Positions 26,649-36,368 of a stretch of 64,000 nucleotides of DNA are shown here, piece by piece; position 1 is the first letter of the stretch; each line of letters begins with the position of its first letter. Source of the stretch: Bdellovibrionales bacterium (GTDB taxonomy: Bacteria; Bdellovibrionota; Bdellovibrionia; Bdellovibrionales; UBA1609); contig OZ241967.1 of assembly GCA_965204055.1 (NCBI GenBank), forward strand, positions 1,318,737 to 1,382,736. Reading direction: 5' to 3'. A program made the translations under genes and the position numbers. The notes under the pieces are model-generated. The model did not search any database, was not told the DNA's origin, and saw only the letters and a program-made list of their open reading frames with translations.

Positions 26649-27704
26649 ATGAGCACAAAAAAACCACAAAACCAATTTTTAAACTTAACTCAAGATCTGA
26701 TGTTTAAAATCTACTTTTCAAAAGATAAACAAGTCCTACTCTCTTTGTTAAAAACTTTCCTTCCCCTTCCACACGGAAAAATTATAAAGGATATATCTTT
26801 TTTGGAAATAAAAGAACAAAAAACACACTCAAAAACAGAATCCTACAGAAAACAGGGTGAAAATGCTCCATTAATGCAGAAAAAAGAGCAACGGTTAACC
26901 ATCATAGATAGCTCTCTTTATCCTAATATCGCCACAAACAAGCAAATCGTCATGGACTTAAGAGTTCAGCTTAGTACAGGAGAAAAAATAAATGTAGAGA
27001 TGCAATCTATGTCAAAAAAAGGCTTCTTAAACCGAGTCTTGTTTTATTGGGCCAGACTTTATACGGACAATCTAAGAAAAGCAGAAGACTATCATCACCT
27101 TTGCCCAGCTTATTCTTTAATCTTTACAGATTTTTCTGTATTCGCTCCTAAAGAAGATCGGTATAAAACCACAGACACCTCCAGCATTATTACTTCTTTT
27201 TCTTTACGATCGGATAAAAAGCCTCATTTTGTGCTCAATGATCAGTTAAAGATCGTTTTTGTGGAATTGAGCAAATTTAACACCAGTTCAGATAATATAA
27301 ATTTACCTAATTTATTTGATTTTCAAAAGCTATGGTGTTATATTTTAAAGAGGTCTAAAAATATAAGCCCAAGGGAATGTGAAATTTTATCAAAAAAGGG
27401 GGATGATATGAAAAGAGCAGTGGAACACTTACAGGACTTATCGCAAGATGAAGAGGTAAGAAGGTGGGAAGAAGCAAGAGAAAAATTTATACGAGACCAA
27501 AGAGCCGAAAAAGCCTACGCCTTTGACGAAGGATTAGAAAAAGGCATACAACAAGGTATAGAAAAAGGAAGAGCAGAAGGAAGAGCAGAAGGAGTGGAAA
27601 CAATAGCTTTAAATATGCTGAAAAACAATTTTAAGCCTTCTGTTATTTCCAATGTAACAGGCTTATCTAAAGAGGAAATTAAAAAACTTAAAAACGGTTC
27701 TTAA
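26649..27704 (+). CDS. Rpn/YhgA-family (PD-(D/E)xK) recombination-promoting nuclease / putative transposase
   Basis: 351 aa. N-terminal DLMFKIYF..., MDLRVQL..GEKINVEMQ core. C-terminal EKG/AEGR repeats and the LNMLKNNF...GLSKEEIKKLK tail, typical of this family. Confidence 0.8.
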   Translation: MSTKKPQNQFLNLTQDLMFKIYFSKDKQVLLSLLKTFLPLPHGKIIKDISFLEIKEQKTHSKTESYRKQGENAPLMQKKEQRLTIIDSSLYPNIATNKQIVMDLRVQLSTGEKINVEMQSMSKKGFLNRVLFYWARLYTDNLRKAEDYHHLCPAYSLIFTDFSVFAPKEDRYKTTDTSSIITSFSLRSDKKPHFVLNDQLKIVFVELSKFNTSSDNINLPNLFDFQKLWCYILKRSKNISPRECEILSKKGDDMKRAVEHLQDLSQDEEVRRWEEAREKFIRDQRAEKAYAFDEGLEKGIQQGIEKGRAEGRAEGVETIALNMLKNNFKPSVISNVTGLSKEEIKKLKNGS

Positions 27705-27872
27705 GAAGCAGGAGTTTAAAGATATTTTTAAATCAGCGAGCAACACCACCTGAAAACCAATCACCTAAAAGCCAGCAAGGTCAAACAAAGTAAGTTTTGG
27801 ATTGTACCCCTTGAATAGTGGACTAATAATGACATTTTTATTTCTTTTTTCATTGCAAATGGAATGAGGTTG

Positions 27873-30800
27873 TTAAAATAAGTCTAATTCTTTTCTTTCT
27901 TGTTCTTTTTGTTTTATTTGGTTTATTCTGTCCTGCAAATAAGATACTTGATTTTTGCAAAAATCCCTTATATTTTTATGTTTGTGATTTCGTAAATTCA
28001 TTATAGCGGTTTTTATATTTTCATAATAATACAAATAACTACCTTTCACTACACCAGGATTTCCTAAATTTGTGGAAATAGCCGATGTGATTTCTTCTTG
28101 ATCTCCATAATTATCAAACAAGAAATAAGCTAAGGAAGACCAAACATATAATTTTTTTTCTGTATCATGGTTTAAAAGGTCTATATTTTCAGCCAAAAAA
28201 GCAGGTATTGTGTCTGGTGCTTTTTTACACCATTTTTTAAGTGTTTCTTCATTGCACACAAGAGAAAGCAGGCTTTTTTTATATAGATTCAAATCGCTAC
28301 TTTTAAAGAGTTGCCTTATATTAAATTTATTCATATTTTTGTCATAGTTTTTCGCTATTTCTGATAACACTATATCAGGATATTTTTCAGTTATTTTTTT
28401 TAAACATTCTTTTATACATTCTTCAGAAAGTGGCAGATCAAAAAGAGAACTTTTGTAATAAAAAATTTTACTCACAAAAAATTTAGAAAAATTTTGAGCA
28501 AGAATAGAAAAAGGCTTTTTATCAGATAGGGAAAAAAGTTTAAAAACCAATGATTTGTAAGAATGATCACTATTTGTATAGTTACGGCGTATTTTATTTG
28601 AAGAAGGGATTTCTTTGAATAAGTTTTTTTGTGTTAATAGCTGGCAACATACAGCCGGCAAAAGCTTTTCTTCTTTTTTTGCAGAAGAATATACATAATA
28701 GCTATATATGTTTAAAGCGGACTTAACCCATTCTACACTGTTGTTTTTATTGGTCAAGAAAATTATAAGATTTTTCATTTTCTCCGGGCTTACATTTTGG
28801 CATTTTTGGCCAGTGGAAAGGTGCTTTAGCTCCCAAAACAATTCAGGAATGTCGGCAATTTGGCTTAACTGGGTTAAAAATTTTATAAGCCGTGTAATAT
28901 CTTTATCGCATAAATCCATACTGTGATAAGCCGGAAGTAAAAAGCGTTTATATTCTGCATGGTGAGCTATTTTGTCCAAAATTTTTTGTGTTTTTTCTGG
29001 TGCTTGAACATTTAATCCAGATATAAAACCGCATAAGAAGGAAGGATTAAAATCTTTATTCTTTTTCCATTGATTAATGTGGTTCAATAAATTATTCATC
29101 CATTGTATGATTTGATGATTATCAGATTTAATATTTCTTGTGTCTATATTGTGTTTTAATTTTTTTTTGTTATGGCTTGTTAGTGTTTTTGTTTTGGAAA
29201 AAGAATTTTTATTGATAAATAATTTTTTAGCAGTCTCTTTGGCAAAAATAATGGTGTTGGTTTGTTGTCCATGAAATAGTATCTTAAGAGTAGCTATTAT
29301 ATTTTCCGGTTTTGCTTTTTGGATGTAGCCTATAAAATCATCAATCAGCTTTGTAAAGGCTGGGCTGCACCCCTTATTATGTTTTTTAAGGTTATATATT
29401 TGATAGTCATCACTTTCTGTCACATATAAGCGAATTTTTTTATTTATATCCTGTTTTACATGTTGCAGTAATTCTAATATTTCTTTGGTTTTTTTTATTG
29501 TTTCTTTGGTTTCTTTGTTTGATCGATATTGTAAAAATTGCTCTATATTTTTTATAGCTAAAAGCCAAAAACCATCCGGTAAAAAATCCATAACCTGTGT
29601 AACTGTTTTTTTTACATCTTCATGCAAGGCTTTTATCTTTAAAAGAGGGGGCAAATAGTTTGCTATAGTATCTTCTGCCTTCTTTCTTATGTTGTTATCT
29701 AAGTCAGAATCTGTTGCAAATTCAGTTAAGTGTTTTAAAGCTCTTCTGTGGTAATTCCATAGTTCGCCATAAGTAGCCGGTCGCCATTCTGTGCGAGGCT
29801 CTATGATAGAGCTGTCATAATTTCCCATATAACCACCAAGTTGTGGCAAAGCTTTTTCTAAAGCTTGAACAGCTATTTCTTTTTGTTTGTCTGTTCCTTC
29901 TTGTGTTATTTCTTTAATAAGCTGAAATTTTGTTTCAGGATTGGCCTGAGTTCCAGATAACATAAGCTGAAAATAACTTATAAAAATACCTGTGGAATTA
30001 TTGCCATAATCTTCATTTTCTGCTGTCGCCAGCTTTAACAGTAACCTGGCTGAATCCAAGTAAAATGCTTTTTTAAAAGCCAATTTTTGTAAAATCCCTA
30101 TCCACTCTCTTCGGACGGAAGGCATACCGAAAAACGCTTTCATATTCAAAAGTTCTTCTATAGTTTTTTTTTCAATCACTTTCTCAAGAGAGCTTAAAAC
30201 TTCTTTGGGAGCCAACTTTGTTAGATTATTTACGCAAGAAGCCCCCCAGCCTGTGCTTAAAACTTTTTCCTGTCCAAACAAACCATCTGGCTGGCATAAT
30301 TGCTGAACTACTTTTTGCATTTCAGGATATGTATCCTGTAGTGGCTGTTTTCCTTCTAATTCAATAACTGGTTCTCTTGAAAACTCAGTCAAATAATAAA
30401 TTTGTTTGCAAAAGGATTTTCTTAATGCCTGGTGAGGGGCGTACTCACTTTCCCATTGTTCCAGTTCTTTTTTTTTCTGCTCTGAGAGATTTGCATATCT
30501 TTTTTTATCAGCCTCTTGCTTTTTTTTATACTCTTTTTTTTCCTCTTCTGATAACTGTTGATATTTTTGTTTATCAGAGTCTGCTTTTTTTTGAGACAGG
30601 TCTTTGGATATCTGATCCATACCCGAAAGCCATTTTATTATGGATTCAGGTGGTGTTTCTTGAATAAGCTCCATAGCCAACCAAAGGGCTAAAGGTTTGG
30701 GGCGCACTTGGAGAAAAAGGCCATATTGCTGGATAATTTTTCTTTTTTCAAAAAATTTTATTTTTTTGTAAAATTCATCATAATCCATTTTGGCTATATG

Positions 30801-33008
30801 TTTAGCCACATACTTAAGCTCTTCTTTGGTCCTGCTGACAGATGTACTAAATGTTATAAATTTCTGGGCTGGATCCTCTTCCATACATATTGTGTCAAAA
30901 AGGGATAAGGCTTTTATTACTTTTTCGGCTTTTAGATCTGGAGCTTCCAAACCCCAAAGCATTTTTTTTCTAATAGTGGGTAAGTCATCTTTAATAAGAT
31001 CAAGAGAACCAGCCTTTTTTAATAATTGAGCCATGAGGGGAAATCCCTCTGTCATTTTAATATAAAATGGTTCAATATATATATTACTGATGTCTTGTCG
31101 ATCAGACAGTATTTTAGCAACAATTTTTGTATCCAGCCCTAATTCTACTAAAAGCCTTTTATTTTTTTGCAAATAAGTTTGATTAAAATTAGATAAGTTT
31201 TGAAATCCCTGAGGTTGTAGAGATTTTTTTGAGTGTAAACCCAGATCAAAAATACGAGAGTTGTTTATACTTCTTAGAGCATGAGGGTCAGGAACTGTAG
31301 GAGGTATATGTGTAAATATACCTCCTAATTTTTCAAATCCAATAGTCAAAAGGCTTAACTGTGAATCCTTTTGCAGGGCCAGTTTATGAAATTGCTCTGC
31401 CTTTTCAAGAGGACAATCATCTACAATCAAAATAGCCCTGGAATTTTTTAATTCTCTAATATGTGTCTCGGTTATAAGGTGTGCGGGGCTATAAAGCACT
31501 AAAGCTGATATATCGTTTTTATGTATCTTCTGCTCAAAAGCCCTATCATGGTCTTCTATTGGAGGGCGAAAGCTCTCCAAAGCCAAGCGGGTTTTTCCTA
31601 CACCGGAAGGCCCTTTTAAATGGGCTGTTTGTTGAGGATGAGATAGATAATTGAATAAAGCTAATTTTTTCTTTTCCAACTCCGCATGATACATAAACTC
31701 CGATCTTGGCTCTATATCTTGGCTCCATTCCTGCCATGAAATCCAAGGAGTTAACGGCTTTCTACACACTTCTTTTAAAAACCAAACAGCTAAAGAGGGA
31801 AAGCTGTTAAGCCAGTTTGCTATTTCATTGGCAGAATAAAATTTTATTTCAACAGAGCTTAAGTCATACCCCGCCTTCTCTATAAATTCTTGCATGGCTT
31901 CTGCTCTCATTTGCAGATGAACACCCTCCACCGGATAAGTAGAAAATAAAATATAAGCCCCTTTATTCTTAATTACTTTTTGAACAGCCGGATTCAAGTT
32001 GCCACTCTCACTTGTTTGTTTTTTTAATTTTTGAACAGTCTGGTTTTTTGCTTGGCTTTTTTTGTTTTCACTGGATATTTCTGTTACACATTCAGCCGGG
32101 GAAACTTTTTTAGCTTTGACTTGAAAAACATTATATTTTTTCGGGAAAAAGTTTGTTCGTTTCAGCTCCTCTTGATTCCATTTTATTAAGGCGTCTTGGC
32201 CTCCATCTTTGGCTGATATTTTAGAAGAAATATTAAGATTATTTTGTGGTATATTAAAACACGCGCATTCCGACAATATTAGCCGTTTAAGCAGTTCTAC
32301 TGCTTGTTTGGGATTGCATTTTTGCACATCCTCTGGAGTGACATTAAATGGTCCAACAGCTGAGTATGAGGTTTGGATTTTTGATCTCAAAAAACTTTCA
32401 GCCCGTTTTTTTTTAAATTCATTAAGGGCCAGGTTTTTTTGGATTTTGTTCAAGGCCATTTTAGGATGCTGAAAATAAATAGCCAATTTTTTTAAAACAT
32501 CCTTGCCTGTGGTTTTATTGTTTTCTGTCCGGTAAATGGAGGCTTGGGACACATCAAAAAGAAAAGCAAACTCCCTTATGGAAAGACCCAGGTTCTTTCT
32601 GAAAGACCGTAGATCTTTAGCAGAAAACTTTTTTTGCTCCCGAACCGGCTCAAACACAAAAGGGGTAATAGGACTTTTTTTTCCGAAGGCACTTAGCAAA
32701 ATAAAAGGATCTTTTTCAAAAGGACTCAAGCCCACATCATGGCAGTATTCTTCATAAGCCGGATTTTGTTGAGAAGGGATCCGGTCTGCAAAAGAAGGAA
32801 AAAGTTTTAAAGAAGTATGCCGGGCTTTTTTCAAAGGCAAATCCGGCCCTATAGAAATAGGGTTTTCACTATACAGATAAGCCTTGTCATACTCAAAAAC
32901 AAATTTCCCTGTTTTTTGGCTTAACCGGCCCACATACTGTCGGGTTTTGCGTCTTTCTAAATAAAAATCCAATGCTTTGTATTTCATTTTTACCTTTTTT
33001 TTATACAT
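27873..33008 (-). CDS. 1711-aa fusion protein: HipA-N-subdomain-like (HipS-like) + XRE HTH + Mrr-like nuclease motif + STAND-type P-loop NTPase + long helical-repeat region
   Basis: - aa 8-120: VGRLSQKTGKFVFEYDKAYL...IGPDLPLKK...LFPSFADRIP (HipA N-terminal subdomain pattern).
- aa 125-190: LGLSIREFAFLFDVSQASIYRTENN (HTH_XRE).
- aa 266-300: KDGGQDALI...YNVFQVKAKK (D..D/QxK nuclease-like).
- aa 466-473: GPSGVGKT (Walker A).
- aa 525-531: AILIVDD (Walker B).
- The remaining ~1100 aa are Leu/Lys-rich and predicted helical by composition. Confidence 0.8.
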   Translation of the reverse strand: MYKKKVKMKYKALDFYLERRKTRQYVGRLSQKTGKFVFEYDKAYLYSENPISIGPDLPLKKARHTSLKLFPSFADRIPSQQNPAYEEYCHDVGLSPFEKDPFILLSAFGKKSPITPFVFEPVREQKKFSAKDLRSFRKNLGLSIREFAFLFDVSQASIYRTENNKTTGKDVLKKLAIYFQHPKMALNKIQKNLALNEFKKKRAESFLRSKIQTSYSAVGPFNVTPEDVQKCNPKQAVELLKRLILSECACFNIPQNNLNISSKISAKDGGQDALIKWNQEELKRTNFFPKKYNVFQVKAKKVSPAECVTEISSENKKSQAKNQTVQKLKKQTSESGNLNPAVQKVIKNKGAYILFSTYPVEGVHLQMRAEAMQEFIEKAGYDLSSVEIKFYSANEIANWLNSFPSLAVWFLKEVCRKPLTPWISWQEWSQDIEPRSEFMYHAELEKKKLALFNYLSHPQQTAHLKGPSGVGKTRLALESFRPPIEDHDRAFEQKIHKNDISALVLYSPAHLITETHIRELKNSRAILIVDDCPLEKAEQFHKLALQKDSQLSLLTIGFEKLGGIFTHIPPTVPDPHALRSINNSRIFDLGLHSKKSLQPQGFQNLSNFNQTYLQKNKRLLVELGLDTKIVAKILSDRQDISNIYIEPFYIKMTEGFPLMAQLLKKAGSLDLIKDDLPTIRKKMLWGLEAPDLKAEKVIKALSLFDTICMEEDPAQKFITFSTSVSRTKEELKYVAKHIAKMDYDEFYKKIKFFEKRKIIQQYGLFLQVRPKPLALWLAMELIQETPPESIIKWLSGMDQISKDLSQKKADSDKQKYQQLSEEEKKEYKKKQEADKKRYANLSEQKKKELEQWESEYAPHQALRKSFCKQIYYLTEFSREPVIELEGKQPLQDTYPEMQKVVQQLCQPDGLFGQEKVLSTGWGASCVNNLTKLAPKEVLSSLEKVIEKKTIEELLNMKAFFGMPSVRREWIGILQKLAFKKAFYLDSARLLLKLATAENEDYGNNSTGIFISYFQLMLSGTQANPETKFQLIKEITQEGTDKQKEIAVQALEKALPQLGGYMGNYDSSIIEPRTEWRPATYGELWNYHRRALKHLTEFATDSDLDNNIRKKAEDTIANYLPPLLKIKALHEDVKKTVTQVMDFLPDGFWLLAIKNIEQFLQYRSNKETKETIKKTKEILELLQHVKQDINKKIRLYVTESDDYQIYNLKKHNKGCSPAFTKLIDDFIGYIQKAKPENIIATLKILFHGQQTNTIIFAKETAKKLFINKNSFSKTKTLTSHNKKKLKHNIDTRNIKSDNHQIIQWMNNLLNHINQWKKNKDFNPSFLCGFISGLNVQAPEKTQKILDKIAHHAEYKRFLLPAYHSMDLCDKDITRLIKFLTQLSQIADIPELFWELKHLSTGQKCQNVSPEKMKNLIIFLTNKNNSVEWVKSALNIYSYYVYSSAKKEEKLLPAVCCQLLTQKNLFKEIPSSNKIRRNYTNSDHSYKSLVFKLFSLSDKKPFSILAQNFSKFFVSKIFYYKSSLFDLPLSEECIKECLKKITEKYPDIVLSEIAKNYDKNMNKFNIRQLFKSSDLNLYKKSLLSLVCNEETLKKWCKKAPDTIPAFLAENIDLLNHDTEKKLYVWSSLAYFLFDNYGDQEEITSAISTNLGNPGVVKGSYLYYYENIKTAIMNLRNHKHKNIRDFCKNQVSYLQDRINQIKQKEQERKELDLF

Positions 33009-34101
33009 TTTTTAAATCCTGCAAACGATTATTTAAAAAACGAATAAACGCTGTTTTTCTATTATCTGAAATTTCTGATTTTTTAGTTTCTTCTATTAAA
33101 AAGGGAAATTGTTTAATAATCTGCTCTATAAATTTCAAACAGGGATTTTCTAAATTCAATCTTTTAAATTCATACACATAGTCTTTTATTTTTGGTTCTT
33201 TAGAAGAGGTTGTCCAAATACAACCACTAATGTTAAACTGATGGCCAAGCATTTCTTCCGGTGTTATACCAAAATCGGATGGGTTATCATACATAGGAGC
33301 AAGCCTTTTCTTTTTGCCTGTGTCTATGATGCCTAAATTTCGGCCATGCCGATCTCTATTTCCAATAAAAGCATCAAAAAGACATATCTTAACAAATGTG
33401 TTAAGATCATTTGGTTGGTTTGTTTGTTGCTCTATAACATTGACAATGTTTTGGCAGTTATAATGTTTATCCCCTTTGGGTAAAAACTTGTAAATATGAT
33501 TCAGCACTCCCACGCAATCCTGCATAAAATTTTTAGTAACAAAAGCCATAAGGTTTTTTGGTTTTTCTTTTTGATTTGTTAATCTTTTACTTTCAGGTGG
33601 ATTTAACAAGCTTTGTTGGTAAGCTGTTAGAGGTAATTTTATATCTTGACGATGGGGTGCAGAAGTGCCAACAGAAGTAAGGTGTTCGGCTACATTTTCC
33701 TGTTCTGAAACAGAGCTACTTTGGTTTATGTGTGAAATATCATTGAATTGAATTAAATAATACGAAGGGACTTTCAAACCAAGATGAGAAGCTATTTGAT
33801 TGCAAAGGTATTCCATAGCTGGCAGATCAGGAAACTTTGATTCCTCTACTTTTAAGATGTATTGCCGGTCCCCTAATTTGGCTGAATATTTGTGATATCG
33901 ACCATGATAAAAACTGTCTTTATTTTTTGTAAATTTGACAGTAGGAGAAGAAGAGTAAGACCTTGCTTTTTTGAAATCCAGGTTATAAAATTCAGACGAA
34001 TCTTGCACGGCAAACCACTGTTGAAAGCAGTCTGTATGTAGACCGTAAATACTTTGATTTTTAATGGCTTCACGGCATTTAAAACATTTGATTTTTTTCA
34101 T
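33001..34101 (-). CDS. HipA-family Ser/Thr kinase (kinase core only) with an N-terminal Cys/His cluster
   Basis: FDAFIGNRDRHGRNLGII (GNxDxHxxN catalytic loop) and LAPMYDNPS (Mg-binding Asp) are HipA_C hallmarks. N-terminus CFKCREAIKNQSIYGLHTDC. The stop overlaps the start of the 1711-aa gene (ATGTATAA). Confidence 0.85.
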   Translation of the reverse strand: MKKIKCFKCREAIKNQSIYGLHTDCFQQWFAVQDSSEFYNLDFKKARSYSSSPTVKFTKNKDSFYHGRYHKYSAKLGDRQYILKVEESKFPDLPAMEYLCNQIASHLGLKVPSYYLIQFNDISHINQSSSVSEQENVAEHLTSVGTSAPHRQDIKLPLTAYQQSLLNPPESKRLTNQKEKPKNLMAFVTKNFMQDCVGVLNHIYKFLPKGDKHYNCQNIVNVIEQQTNQPNDLNTFVKICLFDAFIGNRDRHGRNLGIIDTGKKKRLAPMYDNPSDFGITPEEMLGHQFNISGCIWTTSSKEPKIKDYVYEFKRLNLENPCLKFIEQIIKQFPFLIEETKKSEISDNRKTAFIRFLNNRLQDLKNV

Positions 34102-34207
34102 AATATAGTCAATATACTATAAAATTATTTTGTAGTCAAATAACTATAAATTTTTAAAATAGGGCTGAAAAATAAGAAAAAACGCCTTTATTCAAGCTTT
34201 TTTTCAG

Positions 34208-34383
34208 AGATTTTTGTTTATATTGATGGATTCAACCTTTATTACAGTTTAAAGCGCGTGTCGGTTAAATGTAAGTAGCTGAACCTGCAAAAACTGTCTT
34301 CTTCCTGTCTCAGAGCACAAGAACACCGAATATTAAAAATAAAGTATTTTACTTGGAGTATACGTAAACCAGTTGAATGGTGA
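34208..34383 (+). pseudogene. NYN-domain gene remnant with an in-frame stop
   Basis: Translates to EIFVYIDGFNLYYSLKRVSVKCK*LNLQKL...KIKYFT. No start codon, an internal TAG and early termination. Confidence 0.5.
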
Positions 34384-34538
34384 TTTTTTGCTCAGCAAAA
34401 AGAAATAGATAAACACGGTCAAATCCTTTACACTAAAAATCATATTTGACTAATTGCTTAAACTCATCTGAAGTGTTAAAATTAGATAATGCAAATCGTA
34501 AAAACTCAATATACCATAAGTGAAACAGGAATCAGTCA

Positions 34539-35777
34539 TTGACTTGTAAAAATATATATGAACATCATAAAAAATACATGTTTATAACAAAGCTCACTTC
34601 CAAAAGTTCCTTTCTAAAATCCAAACACAGCCCCCCGGAGCAGTTAAGCTTTAGCGGTTCAGGTTGTTTGCCTTTTATTGTAACAGAAGGTATTAAATAC
34701 AGTGGATCTAAATTGAAACTTTTGCCTCATATTCTATCTATTGTAAAATCTTTACCTGTGAAACAGGTGTTTGATGGATTTTCTGGTACAACAAGAGTGA
34801 GCCAAGCTTTAGCTAAAAGTGGGTATCAGGTTATATCTAATGATATAGCTATATGGTCAAAAATTTTTGCAGAGTGTTATTTAAAAGGAAATGTAACAGC
34901 TGAATTACAGGACAAAATAAATTATCTAAACAGTTTAAAAGGCCTGGAGGGTTGGTTTACAAACCACTATGGCGGGGAGTCTAATAGGGGTTTGGCTGTG
35001 CATTCTGATGGAAAGAAAAAGATATGGCAAATTCATAATACCAAAAAATTAGACAGCATAAGGTTAGCAATAGATAAAATTGCAGAAACCAAAATCGAAA
35101 AATCCATTTTACTCACCAGTCTTATTTTAGCTTTAGATAAAGTGGATAATACTCTTGGACATTATGTTTCTTATTTAAGGAATTGGTCTCCTCGTTCTTT
35201 TAAAACAATGCAACTTAAAATGCCTTTAATAGAAAGTAGCAAAGGTCTTCATCGGGTTATGAATGAAAATATTTTTAAAGCACAAGTTAAAGTTAAGCCA
35301 GATCTTTCTTATTTTGATCCGCCTTATGGTTCCAATAATGAAAAAATGCCTCCTTCCCGTGTTCGTTATGCGGGTTATTATCATATTTGGAAAACTATTA
35401 TTTTAAATGATGAACCGGAGCTTTCAGGAAAAACAAATCGCCGGGCAGACTGCAAGGATTTAGAAACAAGTTCTGTATTTGAGGAATTTCGTAAAGATAA
35501 AAAAGGTAGGTTTATAGCTTTAAAAGCCATTGAGAAGTTAATTAAAGAATGTCGATCTCCATATATTTTGCTCTCTTACAGTAATGGGGGGCGAGCCACA
35601 AAAGAGGAGATTAGCGAAGTGATTCAGGATTGTTGTTCTAAAGTGCAGGTATTTACTATTGATTACAGAAAAAATGTTATGTCTAATATGCGTTGGACTT
35701 ATGATTGGATTAAAGAGAAAAAGGCTCCACATACAGAGTTTTTATTTTTAATGCAGAAAAGGGTTTTGGAGAAATGA
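34539..35777 (+). CDS. D12-class (Dam-like) N6-adenine DNA methyltransferase
   Basis: YSGSKLKLLPHI, FDGFSGTTRVSQAL (motif I) followed by FDPPYGS (motif IV). The real start may be the ATG at 34578. Confidence 0.85.
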   Translation: MTCKNIYEHHKKYMFITKLTSKSSFLKSKHSPPEQLSFSGSGCLPFIVTEGIKYSGSKLKLLPHILSIVKSLPVKQVFDGFSGTTRVSQALAKSGYQVISNDIAIWSKIFAECYLKGNVTAELQDKINYLNSLKGLEGWFTNHYGGESNRGLAVHSDGKKKIWQIHNTKKLDSIRLAIDKIAETKIEKSILLTSLILALDKVDNTLGHYVSYLRNWSPRSFKTMQLKMPLIESSKGLHRVMNENIFKAQVKVKPDLSYFDPPYGSNNEKMPPSRVRYAGYYHIWKTIILNDEPELSGKTNRRADCKDLETSSVFEEFRKDKKGRFIALKAIEKLIKECRSPYILLSYSNGGRATKEEISEVIQDCCSKVQVFTIDYRKNVMSNMRWTYDWIKEKKAPHTEFLFLMQKRVLEK

Positions 35778-35796
35778 AAAATCAAAAAACTTATTC

Positions 35797-35840
35797 TTAA
35801 GGTTATGTTTGCACACACGAAAAGCCTCTTCTATCTTCCA
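35797..35840 (-). mobile_element. 44-bp internal fragment of the IS1634-type transposase gene
   Basis: cttaaggttatgtttgcacacacgaaaagcctcttctatcttcca matches 9745-9788 with 1 mismatch. Confidence 0.6.
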
Positions 35841-35885
35841 ATAAAGTAGAAGGGCAGGTTTTACTTTTAACTGGAGGATATAAAA

Positions 35886-36227
35886 ATGATCAAAAAAAAG
35901 ACATCAAAAAAGCTAAACGGATACTTCGAAAGTATGCCAAATTTAAAGATGAAGAATAAAAAAAATAGGACAACCCAGTTTCATGCTGTTAAAAGAATGA
36001 AAGATAAAAAATATATTTCTAAAGCTTTATGGGAGTGTATTATATCTAATGACACAGTAGGGTTCAAAGAAATTATACGATCTCATTTGAATTTGGTCCA
36101 AAAAGAAGAATTTGCAAAAAAAACTGGTCTTTCCAAAAAAGACTTATCTTATATCGTATCCAAAAAAGGCAACCCTACTTTAGATAATATATCCAAAGTT
36201 ATTTATCATCTCCATACCAGCCTTTAA
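35886..36227 (+). CDS. HigA-type addiction-module antidote (HTH) protein, apparently without its toxin partner
   Basis: KKYISKALWECIISNDTVGFKEIIRSHLNL..FAKKTGLSKKDLSYIVSKKGNPTLDNISKVI fits the antidote family usually found downstream of a RelE/ParE-like killer. The upstream position is occupied by an IS fragment. Confidence 0.65.
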   Translation: MIKKKTSKKLNGYFESMPNLKMKNKKNRTTQFHAVKRMKDKKYISKALWECIISNDTVGFKEIIRSHLNLVQKEEFAKKTGLSKKDLSYIVSKKGNPTLDNISKVIYHLHTSL

Positions 36228-36247
36228 TCTGATTGGATGGATCGGGT

Positions 36248-36297
36248 TTGAAAAACGGACATTTACTTGGAATAAATTTGTTCATACATCTGTGGAG
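36248..36297 (-). mobile_element. IS3-family right-end fragment
   Basis: ttgaaaaacggacatttacttggaataaatttgttcatacatctgtgg aligns with the reverse complement of 41570-41612. Confidence 0.55.
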
Positions 36298-36368
36298 TTT
36301 TGATAAAATAGTTTTTTAGCGATTTTTCCTGAGATAAGACACCAGTGCCCATCAATATACCCACCTCC

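Noticed and set aside
26447-26656. 69-aa ORF rich in FVCLFAYL.
   Set aside because: It is the reverse-strand translation of the (CAAA)n and related repeats. A low-complexity artefact.
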